64,000 nucleotides of DNA. Origin: Botryllus schlosseri. Lineage: Eukaryota. The stretch lies in assembly GCA_051294905.1 (NCBI GenBank), contig CM119373.1, forward strand, positions 1,118,001 through 1,182,000. Direction: 5' to 3'. The notes under the pieces were generated by a model that searched no databases, was not told the origin of the DNA, and saw only the letters and a list, made by a program, of their open reading frames with translations. The translations under genes were made by a program, and so were the position numbers. Shown one piece after another: positions 63,472 through 64,000 of this stretch (its first letter is position 1; the number at the start of each line of letters is the position of its first letter).

Positions 63472-64000
63472 GTAATAGAGTATTTTTGAATGATATTTCT
63501 TTGCTCAAAGCAGTTCGATCGAATCTCGTCAGGACGAATCGTCAACCATTGCAAATTTTACTCGCTAGTCTACGTGATAGAATTGCTAGGCCGCCAAAAA
63601 AATGTTGCACGCCAATCATAGGCGCCGAACGCTAATTTTCCTTAGGTAGCCTATGCGAGTTCGATTACGTCACAAAGGAATGATGTCATGATCCGACGGA
63701 ATTGATAATTAGGGTTAATATAGCATCAATTCATTAGGGTTAAGTACATGCATAAATACCGATTATGCAATATCTTCGTGTCAACAAACTTGAGCGTATG
63801 ATAAGCTTGTCAACGAGTCCGGAAGTGCTGTCAATTAGCGAGTCCCTGATCGCTAGCGAACAATTATATACGCCGCTTATCAATGCGAATACGTAACCTC
63901 GGCGACGATTTGCGCAAGACAAAATGTCCGAGTTGTTATGGAATCTGTTCTATAATGGCACCGATTTCAGGTGGTTCAAACCTTTCTCGTCTTTTACAAC

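Overview
Repeat-dense eukaryotic (animal) genomic DNA. It is probably a tunicate, inferred from the IAP sequence style and ~60-bp introns, but this is not proven. There is no intact bacterial-type locus, rRNA or CRISPR array. Most of the window is layered transposable elements: many hAT-type MITEs with 8-bp target-site duplications (one nested three deep), a near-complete two-gene Harbinger element carrying a 590-bp foldback insert, Penelope-like GIY-YIG fragments whose terminal repeats carry minimal hammerhead ribozymes, BEL/Pao, Gypsy and LINE remnants, tRNA-derived SINEs and a frameshifted C2H2 zinc-finger array. A multi-exon SAMD3-like gene (CACTA/EnSpm accessory type) lies on the minus strand at ~49.3-60.8 kb. 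Between these insertions are scattered intronless, decayed coding segments: a tyrosine recombinase (~0.84-2.27 kb), an Ig V-type protein (~13 kb), a 3xBIR+RING IAP bracketed by a 29-bp direct repeat (~30.1-31.5 kb), a superfamily-3 helicase (~43.3-43.9 kb) and small duplicated orphan ORFs. My main hypothesis is that these are remains of an endogenous DNA virus or large YR-mobilised element that host TEs later colonised. I could not recognise a capsid or polymerase gene, and all family calls come from reading motifs by eye, not from database searches.
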